Source: a virus (lineage: Duplodnaviria > Caudoviricetes). Taken from it: a stretch of 64,000 bases of DNA. Both the position numbers and the translations under genes were made by a program. Below, in pieces: positions 20,278 through 30,034 of this stretch (position 1 is the first letter of the stretch; each line of letters opens with the position of its first letter). A model generated the notes under the pieces. The model worked only from the letters and a program-made list of their open reading frames with translations. It had not been told where the DNA came from and searched no databases. The stretch covers positions 96,001 through 160,000 of the IMG/VR virus record IMGVR_UViG_3300032334_001433; one strand, written 5' to 3'.

Positions 20278-20341
20278 ATAATAATGTTACACAAAGGTAA
20301 CAAAATTTTCAATCATCATATCCGTGTAAGGAAGGATTCAA

Positions 20342-21031
20342 ATGTCATATAACAAGACAAAAACAGACCCAGAATTGGGGCAAAAAGTTCATCAGCATTT
20401 AGTTGCAATGGGAGTCGAGACTCCTACCCGATTAGATCCTACTACCCGATTAGATCTTGATCGTAAAACAAAGATTGAAATAATCGAGTCTCACTTTTCG
20501 GAAATTATGCGAGTGTTGGGCCTTGATTTAGAAGATGATAGTTTAATTGAAACACCAAAGCGTGTTGCTAAGATGTATGTTAACGAAATCTTTTGGGGGT
20601 TGGATTATGACGCATTTCCAAAATGTACTACAGTTAACAATAAGATGAAATACAACGAAATGGTTGTTGAACGCAATGTCAATGTCCAAAGTAATTGCGA
20701 ACATCATTTTGTAGTCATTGATGGATTGGCAACAGTTGCGTATGTTCCAAAGGATAAAGTTCTTGGACTAAGTAAAATTAATCGTATTGTAGAATACTTC
20801 AGTAAGCGTCCTCAGATTCAAGAACGTCTAACAGAACAAATTTATTATGCGTTGCAGTTTATTTTGGAAACAGATAATGTTGCAGTTATGATTGATGCTC
20901 AGCATTATTGTGTTAAGAGCCGAGGCGTAGAAGATACAGGCAGTTCTACCGTTACAAGTAAGCTAGGTGGAGGATTTAAAACAGATCCCTCTCTTAGAAA
21001 TGAATTCTTAAGCATCGCCCGTTCAAAATGA
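20342..21031 (+). CDS. folE: GTP cyclohydrolase I FolE
   Basis: [43 protein letters not shown]. Confidence 0.96.
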   Translation: MSYNKTKTDPELGQKVHQHLVAMGVETPTRLDPTTRLDLDRKTKIEIIESHFSEIMRVLGLDLEDDSLIETPKRVAKMYVNEIFWGLDYDAFPKCTTVNNKMKYNEMVVERNVNVQSNCEHHFVVIDGLATVAYVPKDKVLGLSKINRIVEYFSKRPQIQERLTEQIYYALQFILETDNVAVMIDAQHYCVKSRGVEDTGSSTVTSKLGGGFKTDPSLRNEFLSIARSK

Positions 21032-21537
21032 CTATAAACGTAATGGTTGATTTGGAGACAATGTCAACAAGATCAAATGCGGCAATTTGTTCCATTGGTG
21101 CAGTAAAATTTGAAGGGGATAAAATACTGGATACGTTTTACTGCACTATTGATATAAAGTCATGCAAAGAAGCAGGCCTGCATATTGCCAAGGATACTGT
21201 TGAATGGTGGTCAAAGCAAAACAAAGAAGCATTCCGAGAGTTAACAAAAAACAACATCTCACTACAAGAAGCACTAGACAAATTCGAAATTTGGTTTGGT
21301 CCAAAGAGTCTTCCTTTGTGGGGCAATGGTGCAGTATTTGATAATACTATTCTTGGAAATGCTTATTTCAATACAGGCAGAAAACCACCATGGCATCCAT
21401 GGGATGACCGATGCTATAGAACTGTTAAAGCATTATTTAAATGGATTCCTGCTGATGAACGGCAAGGAACATATCACAATGCATTGGATGACGCAATGCA
21501 TCAAACAAAACACTTAATTAAAATCTTGGGTAATTGA
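21028..21537 (+). CDS. DEDD-type 3'-5' exonuclease
   Basis: [38 protein letters not shown]. Confidence 0.85.
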   Translation: MTINVMVDLETMSTRSNAAICSIGAVKFEGDKILDTFYCTIDIKSCKEAGLHIAKDTVEWWSKQNKEAFRELTKNNISLQEALDKFEIWFGPKSLPLWGNGAVFDNTILGNAYFNTGRKPPWHPWDDRCYRTVKALFKWIPADERQGTYHNALDDAMHQTKHLIKILGN

Positions 21538-21538
21538 T

Positions 21539-22906
21539 ATGAATATTTACAACAGGAGAATTGCTTTTTGTATTAGCGATCAGCATTTAATTCCATATGG
21601 TGGCATCGGACAATTTGCAAAATCCTTTGTAGAGACTTGTTCTGTTATTGGAATAAAAATTGATATTATATTGGATAAACCTGCATCCAATAAAGACTTT
21701 AGTGCATACCTTCAATCTAGAGGGGCTAATATTATTGTACCTAAAGAGCCACTTAGTTATAGTAAGCATGCTAAAACTTTTATGTTTGAGGATTCTTATA
21801 ACTTTGAAAAGATGATTAATTTTAGAGAATGCTTTATGTCTGCTCTAAATGATAATCTATATGATGTAGTTATTTGTAACACCGTAGAATCATTTCCCGC
21901 AATCTATTCATTGTCTATTCAAGATTCAGTACAAATTGTATACTATACTCATCACGAGAATCTTGTCTTTATGGATGAAAATACTCAGAAAAGTAAATTC
22001 TCAAATTCATTCAATGAATTTTTTATTAAATTGATGGATGTAAAAGGCATTTATATTGGTACACAAACACGTAGAAATGTTGCTGAGATTAAATTATCTG
22101 GTAAAGATGCATACTATACGCCAATACAAATGACAGAAAAAGATTTGCTTTCTCCTCATACAAAGCCAAGAGAAGGTGTACTATGGATTGGTCGTTGGGA
22201 ACCAAGAAAGAACCCTGAAGAATTTGTTCGCATGATTGCAGAAACAAAATTGCCTGCAAAAATTATTACAAATGATACTGGTGCGAAAAAATTTGAAGCA
22301 GCATTAAAAGAAATTAATGCAAAATTTGAAATTCGTTCAGAAATCTATGGTCAAGAAAAAGTTGATTTTATAACATCTGCCCGGGTTGCATATAACCCTG
22401 CAATACGAGAAAGCTTTGGTTTAGCATTTTATGAATGTATTGGGCATATGCCAACGGTTGCACTTAAAGGAATGTCTTGGTTAGAAAACTTTAATGGTAC
22501 GGATTTCTTTAGTGTAGATAAAAAAGATGTAAGTAGCACTATATTAAAATTATATGAACAATACAAAAGTCCATTTGATTGGTACAATACTGGCGCATTG
22601 GAGCGAGTTGTAAATATGGATTTAAGTGGTATTGCAGAATGGTTTAATTTATTTGATTTGTTTAAACCAACACAATCCAATTCTAGTAAAGCAAAAATTA
22701 ATGAATATGAAACGACGCAGTATAAAAAATACATAAACGATCTAAATAGGAAAGATTTATCTATTGATGATATCCGTTCTGTATTGACAAACAAGCACAA
22801 ATATAATATAATTTACACAGACAATCACACCTATCTATCAAAAGATAAAAATTTTGTTCCTGATGAACAAAATTCCTCAAGCACTTTAGAAAGTTTATTC
22901 AAATGA
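21539..22906 (+). CDS. GT-B (GT4-like) glycosyltransferase
   Basis: PYGGIGQF N-terminus, WIGRWEPRKNPE, ESFGLAFYE donor-binding motif. Confidence 0.75.
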   Translation: MNIYNRRIAFCISDQHLIPYGGIGQFAKSFVETCSVIGIKIDIILDKPASNKDFSAYLQSRGANIIVPKEPLSYSKHAKTFMFEDSYNFEKMINFRECFMSALNDNLYDVVICNTVESFPAIYSLSIQDSVQIVYYTHHENLVFMDENTQKSKFSNSFNEFFIKLMDVKGIYIGTQTRRNVAEIKLSGKDAYYTPIQMTEKDLLSPHTKPREGVLWIGRWEPRKNPEEFVRMIAETKLPAKIITNDTGAKKFEAALKEINAKFEIRSEIYGQEKVDFITSARVAYNPAIRESFGLAFYECIGHMPTVALKGMSWLENFNGTDFFSVDKKDVSSTILKLYEQYKSPFDWYNTGALERVVNMDLSGIAEWFNLFDLFKPTQSNSSKAKINEYETTQYKKYINDLNRKDLSIDDIRSVLTNKHKYNIIYTDNHTYLSKDKNFVPDEQNSSSTLESLFK

Positions 22907-24189
22907 GCAGACAAATGGAATATGTAATTTCTGGACCGGCGTACTTGCGTCTTGGTGCAGAACAATGTAATGATCCTGAAGTATTACAGATGATTAATGA
23001 CCTTATTGGTAAGACTGTTCATAATATGAATAATCATCAGTTCTCATTATTGTACAATGGGTTTACTGAAAAACAATTTGGTAAACGTCTACAAAAATTT
23101 AGACCGGCAATTAAAAATATCCATGCTGATTCTGGTGGTCTGCAGATTATTACTCGAGGTATTCAGAATTCCCCTGAGGTCCGTAATGGGGTTTATGAGA
23201 ATCAAGCATCGCATGCTGATATTGGAATGTCCTTTGATGAAATTCCGGTAATTATTACTAATGCAAGTGGTAAATCTGCAAAGCTTGATACTAAAGGTAG
23301 ATATTTTGATCGAGATAACTTTGCAAGTTATGCAAAGCAAACAGGACAAAATATTAAAGCACAGATTGAAAAATTTATTGAAATGAAAAGTGATTGCCGA
23401 CCCTTCGCAATCATTCAAGGTGCTTGTCACGAAACTTATGCAGAGTGGGCAAATATTTTGCTTGAAGAAATTACCGCACCATATCATGATCGTATTGGTG
23501 GCGTATCAATGGCATCTGCTGCATTAGGTACTGGTCAACTTGAAGATGTTAAACGAGCATTTTATGTTAAGGTAATGCCTTTTAAGAAACCATTTCATCT
23601 GCACATTCTAGGAGTTGGTGCTCTGCGTCGAATGCTTCCTTATATGGTGTTTAGTCAGACTGGAATGTATGAGAACATTGAAATCTCTTATGATTCTACA
23701 ACACATTCTATGTCATTGGATAATGGATTGTTTTATTTCTCATATAGTAAGAAAACACGACATGGGTATGGCGGGTCATCTGTAAAAATGGGTAGAGAAT
23801 ATTCAAATATCTATAGAACAGTTGTAGATGAAATCAATAGTGTTTGTGGTACAGAATATACCCCAGAAGAATATCATAAATTGATGAATATTGCAGTAGG
23901 CAAATATCTTGAGAATGGTGGCAAATTCATTGACATTATGAAAGCACGTCTATGTTTTATATTGACAAATGTTCATAATTTTACATTGGATGTCACAACT
24001 TTGTTAGAATCTAAAGATGAATTACTTAAATTCTGCAGAGATAAAGGTTGCGAAAATGAATATGCAACATTGTTTGAAGTTAAAGATATTGGCGACTTTT
24101 CTCATTGGGAAAAGCACGTTGGTAAATATATGGAATCAGAATCTGTGGGCCATCAGCCTAGGATGTCTTTAGAAGATTTATTTGCATAA
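22903..24189 (+). CDS. dpdA: TGT/DpdA-like guanine transglycosylase, divergent
   Basis: ADSGGLQ, IGMSFDE, IIQG, LHILGVG and SYDST match the TGT barrel; embedded among queE/folE/queD. DNA versus tRNA target not determinable from sequence. Confidence 0.7.
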   Translation: MSRQMEYVISGPAYLRLGAEQCNDPEVLQMINDLIGKTVHNMNNHQFSLLYNGFTEKQFGKRLQKFRPAIKNIHADSGGLQIITRGIQNSPEVRNGVYENQASHADIGMSFDEIPVIITNASGKSAKLDTKGRYFDRDNFASYAKQTGQNIKAQIEKFIEMKSDCRPFAIIQGACHETYAEWANILLEEITAPYHDRIGGVSMASAALGTGQLEDVKRAFYVKVMPFKKPFHLHILGVGALRRMLPYMVFSQTGMYENIEISYDSTTHSMSLDNGLFYFSYSKKTRHGYGGSSVKMGREYSNIYRTVVDEINSVCGTEYTPEEYHKLMNIAVGKYLENGGKFIDIMKARLCFILTNVHNFTLDVTTLLESKDELLKFCRDKGCENEYATLFEVKDIGDFSHWEKHVGKYMESESVGHQPRMSLEDLFA

Positions 24190-24199
24190 GGATTATATT

Positions 24200-24625
24200 A
24201 TGTCTATAATTAAAAAGAGTAGTTTTATTTGGGTTACCTTTCAAAAAGAAGGTATTCATCGTTATCCTGCAGCGGCAACTGACGTTAAGTTAGCTACACG
24301 CAGATTTGGTATACCTGAAGAACATTGGCTGGATGTTAGTTTTCTTGCGGATCCGCATCGGCACATTTTCCACTTTCGTGTCGAAATGGAAGTATTTCAT
24401 GATGACAGAGACGTAGAATTTATCCAAGCAAAAAGAATCATGGAGCGTTGGTATAATGATGGTACCCTGCAACTAGATTATAAATCATGTGAGATGATGG
24501 CAAATGATCTATATGATAAATTGATCGCAAAATGGCCAGGTAGGGATTATGTAGTTGAAGTATCCGAAGATGGTGAAAACGGATGCAGAATTCATTTTGA
24601 ATATATTAAAGATATAGATGTCTAA
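24200..24625 (+). CDS. QueD-like T-fold protein (DpdL-like candidate)
   Basis: FQKEGIH..., HRHIFHFRVEMEV, DRDVEFIQ, SCEMMA, VEVSEDGENG; second QueD paralogue in the cluster. AAGGA RBS favours the ATG at 24200 over the TTG at 24182. Confidence 0.65.
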   Translation: MSIIKKSSFIWVTFQKEGIHRYPAAATDVKLATRRFGIPEEHWLDVSFLADPHRHIFHFRVEMEVFHDDRDVEFIQAKRIMERWYNDGTLQLDYKSCEMMANDLYDKLIAKWPGRDYVVEVSEDGENGCRIHFEYIKDIDV

Positions 24626-25691
24626 AATTTTTATTGTAGATTTAGAATCGGTAGATACGCGATACACAGGACAATGGAAACGATATGTACCCAAATTACT
24701 TAAAAAGGAATGTCATGACATCGAAGTTATATGTGGGCCTGCTGATATTCCTAGTGCCACTACTCCTGGCGCCTTTCTTAATTTTGGTGGCACTAATATC
24801 TATAAGTCTGCACAAGTTGAGCAAATGGGCCGTTTATTTGTTAGTGGATCCGTTAATGCTAATGATCATTTTTTATTTACTGACGCTTGGCATCCTGGCA
24901 TTATTAACTTAAAATATATGAGTGAATTGTTGCAGATCCCTGTAACGATTCACGCACTATGGCATGCCGGCAGTTATGACCCTCAAGATTTTTTAGGTCG
25001 CCTTATCGGAGATGCTCAGTGGGTTAGACACGCCGAGCAAAGTTTCTTTCACGCTATTGACCATAACTATTTTGCTACAAATTTTCATATTGATTTGTTT
25101 GCTGATACATTTAGCGAAACAGTAGATGATGAGTGGAAATTAACTATGATTGAGCAAGGTAAGATTGTTCGTTCAGGTTGGCCAATGGAATATATGGTTG
25201 ATACATTAGATAATTATAATACTACAAAACAAGATATTATTTTATTCCCGCATCGTATTGCTCCTGAGAAACAAGTTGAAATTTTTAGAGATCTTGCAAA
25301 GCAATTGCCTCAATATGAATTTATTGTTTGTCAAGATAAACAATTGACTAAACATGAATATCATGAGTTATTGGGTAGAGCTAAAATTGTGTTCAGTGCT
25401 AACTTGCAGGAAACACTAGGCATTAGTTGCTACGAAGGCGCATTAGTTGATGCTATTCCTATGGTGCCAAATCGTTTGTCTTATAGTGAAATGTATAATG
25501 ATATATTCAAATATCCAAGTGAGTGGACAGAATCATTTGAAGCATACGAATTACATCGACAAGATTTATGCTACAAAATTATTCAATACATGAATAATCA
25601 CGATCAATATAAGTATCAAGTTCGTAAACAAGCATCAGACTTAACGGAAAAATTCTTTTCTGCTAATGTATTGACATCAATGTTTAAGTAA
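24618..25691 (+). CDS. GT-B fold glycosyltransferase associated with the deazaguanine cluster
   Basis: FPHRIAPEKQVEIF and LQETLGISCYEG (GT-B C-terminal motif), WHAGSYD. Confidence 0.7.
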   Translation: MSKIFIVDLESVDTRYTGQWKRYVPKLLKKECHDIEVICGPADIPSATTPGAFLNFGGTNIYKSAQVEQMGRLFVSGSVNANDHFLFTDAWHPGIINLKYMSELLQIPVTIHALWHAGSYDPQDFLGRLIGDAQWVRHAEQSFFHAIDHNYFATNFHIDLFADTFSETVDDEWKLTMIEQGKIVRSGWPMEYMVDTLDNYNTTKQDIILFPHRIAPEKQVEIFRDLAKQLPQYEFIVCQDKQLTKHEYHELLGRAKIVFSANLQETLGISCYEGALVDAIPMVPNRLSYSEMYNDIFKYPSEWTESFEAYELHRQDLCYKIIQYMNNHDQYKYQVRKQASDLTEKFFSANVLTSMFK

Positions 25692-25699
25692 TATATAAT
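25671..25699 (+). promoter_or_regulatory. Consensus sigma70 promoter upstream of queD
   Basis: Perfect TTGACA(25671-76)-17 nt-TATAAT(25694-99). Confidence 0.85.
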
Positions 25700-25704
25700 A
25701 CATC

Positions 25705-25770
25705 ACATAGCGGTCTATCGGCATCGTCCCGCTTTATAAATTCCGCCGCCTATGATTAACATAGGAGAAT
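25705..25770 (+). promoter_or_regulatory. Candidate cis-regulatory RNA (riboswitch-like) in queD 5' UTR
   Basis: AGCGG/CCGCT stem; RBS-occluding hairpin CCTATG-ATTAA-CATAGG; alternative CATAG-CGG / CCG-C-CTATG pairing; GC-rich island in an AT-rich genome. Confidence 0.55.
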
Positions 25771-25774
25771 AACC

Positions 25775-26248
25775 ATGGCAAAATACATTTCTACAAAAAC
25801 TTATAACCAGATTGGTCCCGTAGCATATAGACAATGGCGTGCAGATAGTCATTGTAATTTGATTCACGGATATGCACTCTCATTCCATTTAGAATTTGAA
25901 TGTGATACATTAGATGCTCGCAATTGGTGCATGGACTTCGGTGGATTAAAACCTCTTAAAGGTCTACTTGAGGATTGGTTTGACCACACATTATTAGTTG
26001 CTCAAGATGATCCAATGCGAGAGCATCTATTACATCTAGGCACATTAAAATTAGCAAAGATTACAGAAGTTGAAAAGACTGGATGTGAAGGTATTGCTGA
26101 TTTTCTTTATGAATATATTAACACAATTTTCTTACCCAACTATGGCGAAAAAGATCGTGTTTGGTGTTGCAAAGTACAAGTACGAGAAACAGATGCTAAC
26201 ATGGCAATGCGTGTTGGACATAGAGAAGATAACGAATTTAAAGATTGA
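25775..26248 (+). CDS. queD: 6-carboxy-5,6,7,8-tetrahydropterin synthase QueD
   Basis: SHCNLIHGY, MDFGGLK, FDHTLLV, GCEGIA, VRET. Confidence 0.92.
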   Translation: MAKYISTKTYNQIGPVAYRQWRADSHCNLIHGYALSFHLEFECDTLDARNWCMDFGGLKPLKGLLEDWFDHTLLVAQDDPMREHLLHLGTLKLAKITEVEKTGCEGIADFLYEYINTIFLPNYGEKDRVWCCKVQVRETDANMAMRVGHREDNEFKD

Positions 26249-26250
26249 AT

Positions 26251-27306
26251 ATGAAGATTTGTTTGTTGGGAGATACACACTTTGGAGTTAGAAATGACTC
26301 CAAAGCATTTCATGCGTATTATGAAAAATTCTATACCAATGTACTATTCCCATATCTAAAAGATAACAAGATTGATACTGTTATTCAATTGGGCGATCTA
26401 TTTGATCGAAGGAAGTATATTAATTTTAATTCGCTTGCAGAGTCAAGACGTTATTTCTTTGATCCAATGGAAGCGAATGGAATTAAATTAATTACATTAG
26501 TTGGCAATCATGATATATTCTGGAAAGAAACTCTTAGTGTAAATTCTCCAGATTTATTGTTACGAGATTATGGTAACATTACTATTTTCCAAGAGCCAGG
26601 CCAAATGCAATTTGATGGTGTTCAATTTGATATTATTCCTTGGATTTGTAAAGACAACGAAACACAAATTGCAGCATTCATGGATGCAAGCACCTCTGAT
26701 TATTGTATCGGACATTTTGAAATTTCCGGATTTCAAATGATGAAAGGTATTGATAACCATGAAGGATTTGATCGTAGTTATTTTAAACAATATAAACACG
26801 TATTAAGTGGGCATTTTCATACTAAATCTAGTGAAGGAAATATCTCATATCTTGGCACTCCTTATGAATTAACATGGAATGATGAAAGCGATCCAAAAGG
26901 ATTTTTCATCTTTGATACTGAAGATCATTCTTTAGAGTTTATACAAAATCCATATACTATTTTTACAAAGTATTATTATAACGACGAAACAATGGATCCT
27001 GATGGTATTGATACTGCATCTTTTGAATCTCAACATATAAAAATTGTTGTCGTTAAAAAAAGAGACTTCCATAAGTTTGATAAATTTATAGAACGTATCT
27101 ACAGACGAGACCCTCTTGAAGTTAAGATTATTGAAGACTTTTCTGAGTTTGAATCTGAGGCATTAGATGATGCTATTGATTTAGAAGATACTATGACATT
27201 GCTTACAGGGTATGTTGATAGTATTGAAACAGACGCAGACAAAGAACGATTGAAGACACTGCTTAAGACATTATATGTCGAAGCACAACACTACGACGAA
27301 GCATGA
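26251..27306 (+). CDS. gp47: Recombination nuclease subunit gp47 (Mre11/SbcD-like)
   Basis: GDTHFG, LGDLFDRR, GNHD, GHFE, SGHFH, YLGTPYELTW. Confidence 0.95.
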   Translation: MKICLLGDTHFGVRNDSKAFHAYYEKFYTNVLFPYLKDNKIDTVIQLGDLFDRRKYINFNSLAESRRYFFDPMEANGIKLITLVGNHDIFWKETLSVNSPDLLLRDYGNITIFQEPGQMQFDGVQFDIIPWICKDNETQIAAFMDASTSDYCIGHFEISGFQMMKGIDNHEGFDRSYFKQYKHVLSGHFHTKSSEGNISYLGTPYELTWNDESDPKGFFIFDTEDHSLEFIQNPYTIFTKYYYNDETMDPDGIDTASFESQHIKIVVVKKRDFHKFDKFIERIYRRDPLEVKIIEDFSEFESEALDDAIDLEDTMTLLTGYVDSIETDADKERLKTLLKTLYVEAQHYDEA

Positions 27307-29021
27307 GTATAAGATTTACAAAAATACGATGGAAAAATTTCTTATCAACCGGCGGACAATTTACAGAAATAAATTTTGAAGCATCTCCTTCTACTTTAAT
27401 TGTTGGTGAGAATGGTGCTGGTAAAAGTACAATTCTTGATGCTATTTGTTTTGGTCTTTTTAATAAACCATTCCGCAGTATTAATAAACCGCAATTAATG
27501 AATACTATCAACGGCAAGAATCTTGTTGTTGAGGTTGAATTTTCTATTGGCAAAAAGGATTACCGAATAGTTCGGGGCATGAAACCGAATGTATTTGAAA
27601 TCTATTGCGATGGTACGATTCTAAATCAGGATGCAGCATCAAGAGATTATCAGAAATACTTAGAAGAAAGTATTTTAAAATTAAATTATAAATCTTTTAC
27701 TCAGATTGTAATTTTGGGATCTGCATCATTTACGCCCTTTATGCAATTGTCTTTAGGGTATAGAAGAGAAATTATTGAGGATATTCTTGATATCCAAATT
27801 TTCTCTGTTATGAATACTGTATTAAAGGATAAGATCAATTCTTTAAAAGATTCAATTAAAGATTTAGATGGCAAGATTGAAATAGGAAAGCACAAAGTAA
27901 AAGTCCAACAAGGATACATTCTTCAATTGGAAGAAGATAAAAAGAAACGTGAAAACGATGTCCAAACTAAAATTGACGAATCTAATTTAGAAATTGCATC
28001 GTTATCTAAACAATTGGAAGAGCTACAAGATGTATATGCTGTTCATGAACTAAGTATTTCTGATTCCGACGAACAAACAAAAAAGAAAACAGAATTAAAT
28101 ACCCTGTATAAAAATCTTACTGATAGAATTAAAAAAGCTAAAAACGAAATTAATTTCTACGAAGAACATGATAATTGCCCAACCTGTAATCAAAATATTT
28201 CTGATGATTTAAAGACGCAAACTGTCGAGAAGCATACTCATAAGATTGAGGAAGTTACATCTGCATTAGATCAGATCAATACAAAAATTACAGAAGTAGA
28301 AACTCGTCTTACTGAAATTGAAGATATTAAAAAGGCAATGTCTGAGGTTCAAGTATCAATTTTAAGAGTAAACAATTCAATGATTGCTTCTCAGAATTAT
28401 ATTAAAAAGTTGATGGCGGACTTGGAACAAAAGGATGATACTTTAACATCATTAACTAATGAAAAGTTAAATCTAAAGTCAATGGCTAAGGATATCGTTG
28501 ATTTAGTTTCTGATAGGTCAAAAATCAATGAGGATAAATTTTATCATGAAGCAGCGGGGTCTTTATTAAAAGACACCGGCATTAAAACTAAGATCATTCG
28601 ACAATATCTTCCAGTAATAAATAAGTTGGTAAATAAGTACTTGACGGCAATGGATTTCTTTGTCCACTTTGAACTAGATGAATCGTTTAATGAAACAATT
28701 AAATCTAGACATAGAGATGAATTTAGTTATGCATCTTTTAGTGAAGGTGAAAAGCAAAGAATTGATTTGGCGTTATTATTTACATGGCGAACAATTGCAA
28801 AGATGAAGAATAGCGCAAGTACTAATCTATTACTATTAGATGAAGTATTTGATTCCTCATTAGATGCAAATGGCACAGATTATGTTATGAATTTGTTGAA
28901 TACAATAAGTGATGATACAAATGTGTTTGTAATATCGCACAAAGGCGATCAATTAATTGATAAATTTAAATCAGTAATTAAATTTCAAAAGTATCAAAAT
29001 TTTAGTAGAATAGTAGTATGA
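27303..29021 (+). CDS. gp46: Recombination ATPase subunit gp46 (Rad50/SbcC-like)
   Basis: WKNFLSTG, GENGAGKST, CPTC zinc hook, FSEGEK signature, LLDEVFD. Confidence 0.96.
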   Translation: MSIRFTKIRWKNFLSTGGQFTEINFEASPSTLIVGENGAGKSTILDAICFGLFNKPFRSINKPQLMNTINGKNLVVEVEFSIGKKDYRIVRGMKPNVFEIYCDGTILNQDAASRDYQKYLEESILKLNYKSFTQIVILGSASFTPFMQLSLGYRREIIEDILDIQIFSVMNTVLKDKINSLKDSIKDLDGKIEIGKHKVKVQQGYILQLEEDKKKRENDVQTKIDESNLEIASLSKQLEELQDVYAVHELSISDSDEQTKKKTELNTLYKNLTDRIKKAKNEINFYEEHDNCPTCNQNISDDLKTQTVEKHTHKIEEVTSALDQINTKITEVETRLTEIEDIKKAMSEVQVSILRVNNSMIASQNYIKKLMADLEQKDDTLTSLTNEKLNLKSMAKDIVDLVSDRSKINEDKFYHEAAGSLLKDTGIKTKIIRQYLPVINKLVNKYLTAMDFFVHFELDESFNETIKSRHRDEFSYASFSEGEKQRIDLALLFTWRTIAKMKNSASTNLLLLDEVFDSSLDANGTDYVMNLLNTISDDTNVFVISHKGDQLIDKFKSVIKFQKYQNFSRIVV

Positions 29022-29593
29022 TTATATTAAGAAAAGACAAATTAACTTTAGTTGAACCTACTGCGGAGGTTATGACAAAAACTCCAAATCTTTTTGATTT
29101 TAAGAAGGATGGCAAAAGTGCTACTAATGTTTCAAATGTTCTATTTGAAAGAATGAAACAATTGGGAGGCGTTGGTCTAAGTGCTAACCAAGTAGGACTT
29201 GATATGCGAGTATTTGTAATGGGTTTAGGTGATACAAAAATTGCAATATTCAATCCAGAAATTGTTGAATATAATGTTAAAGAAGAAAATTATAACGAAG
29301 GCTGTTTATCATATCCAGGTATAATGCTAAATATTAAACGCCCAACAACCGTTAAAGTTAAATATCAAAATGAAAAAGGCGAAGTTGTTGAGAATGAATT
29401 CAAAGGACTAACAGCTAGAATTTTCCAACATGAATTTGATCATATGAATGGAACAGACTTTACACATCGAGTTTCTAAATTTAAATTAGATTTTGCAAAA
29501 AAGAAATTTGAAAATAAACGTAAAAAGATAATTAAAAAATACGCAGTTAAAACAATGGTAGAGGCACTAAATGAGCACAAAGATTCCAACTGA
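29018..29593 (+). CDS. def: Peptide deformylase
   Basis: GVGLSANQVG, EGCLS, HEFDH motifs all intact. Confidence 0.93.
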   Translation: MIILRKDKLTLVEPTAEVMTKTPNLFDFKKDGKSATNVSNVLFERMKQLGGVGLSANQVGLDMRVFVMGLGDTKIAIFNPEIVEYNVKEENYNEGCLSYPGIMLNIKRPTTVKVKYQNEKGEVVENEFKGLTARIFQHEFDHMNGTDFTHRVSKFKLDFAKKKFENKRKKIIKKYAVKTMVEALNEHKDSN

Positions 29594-29975
29594 ATATACT
29601 GAAATATTTGATTTTGGGTTTACTGCTGTAGATTCGGAAGAATCCATAGTTGAAAAACCTGTACAAGTAGCTGCTCCTGTTGTAGATACCTCGGGTATTG
29701 AAAATAAAATTGCGGCACTTTTAAATAAGGTTGATAATTTGGAAGAACTTGTAAAAGCTGGTTCTGGTGCAAATTTTGATACCGATGCATATCGACAATT
29801 AATTGAAAAAGATGTTGCTGAAAAATTAAGCAAAGTTGAAGCCTTAATCATGCCCCTTTTGGCAAATCTTTTGAAGAATCCCGATAAAGATTTTATCAAA
29901 TGGCCGAACAGAAAACCCATTATAGAAGCTCAAATATCTAAAATTTTGGCTATCACACGTCCGCCCGCGGCGTAA
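29571..29975 (+). CDS. Conserved T4-like phage hypothetical protein
   Basis: DFGFTAVD and PLLANLLKNPDKDFIKWPNR segments. Confidence 0.65.
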   Translation: MSTKIPTEYTEIFDFGFTAVDSEESIVEKPVQVAAPVVDTSGIENKIAALLNKVDNLEELVKAGSGANFDTDAYRQLIEKDVAEKLSKVEALIMPLLANLLKNPDKDFIKWPNRKPIIEAQISKILAITRPPAA

Positions 29976-29982
29976 AAAGTGC

Positions 29983-30011
29983 TTGACTTCTTTACTAAAA
30001 GGTGTTATAAT
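29983..30011 (+). promoter_or_regulatory. Early sigma70-like promoter
   Basis: TTGACT-17 nt-TATAAT with extended -10 TGT. Confidence 0.85.
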
Positions 30012-30034
30012 ATAGCATCAGTAAGGAAAAAACC

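Noticed and set aside
25705-25770. Direct assignment as a preQ1-I or THF-II riboswitch
   Set aside because: Lacks the preQ1-I loop consensus and poly-A tail; shares only a short UCGUCCC with THF-II as I recall it. Kept as an unassigned candidate.
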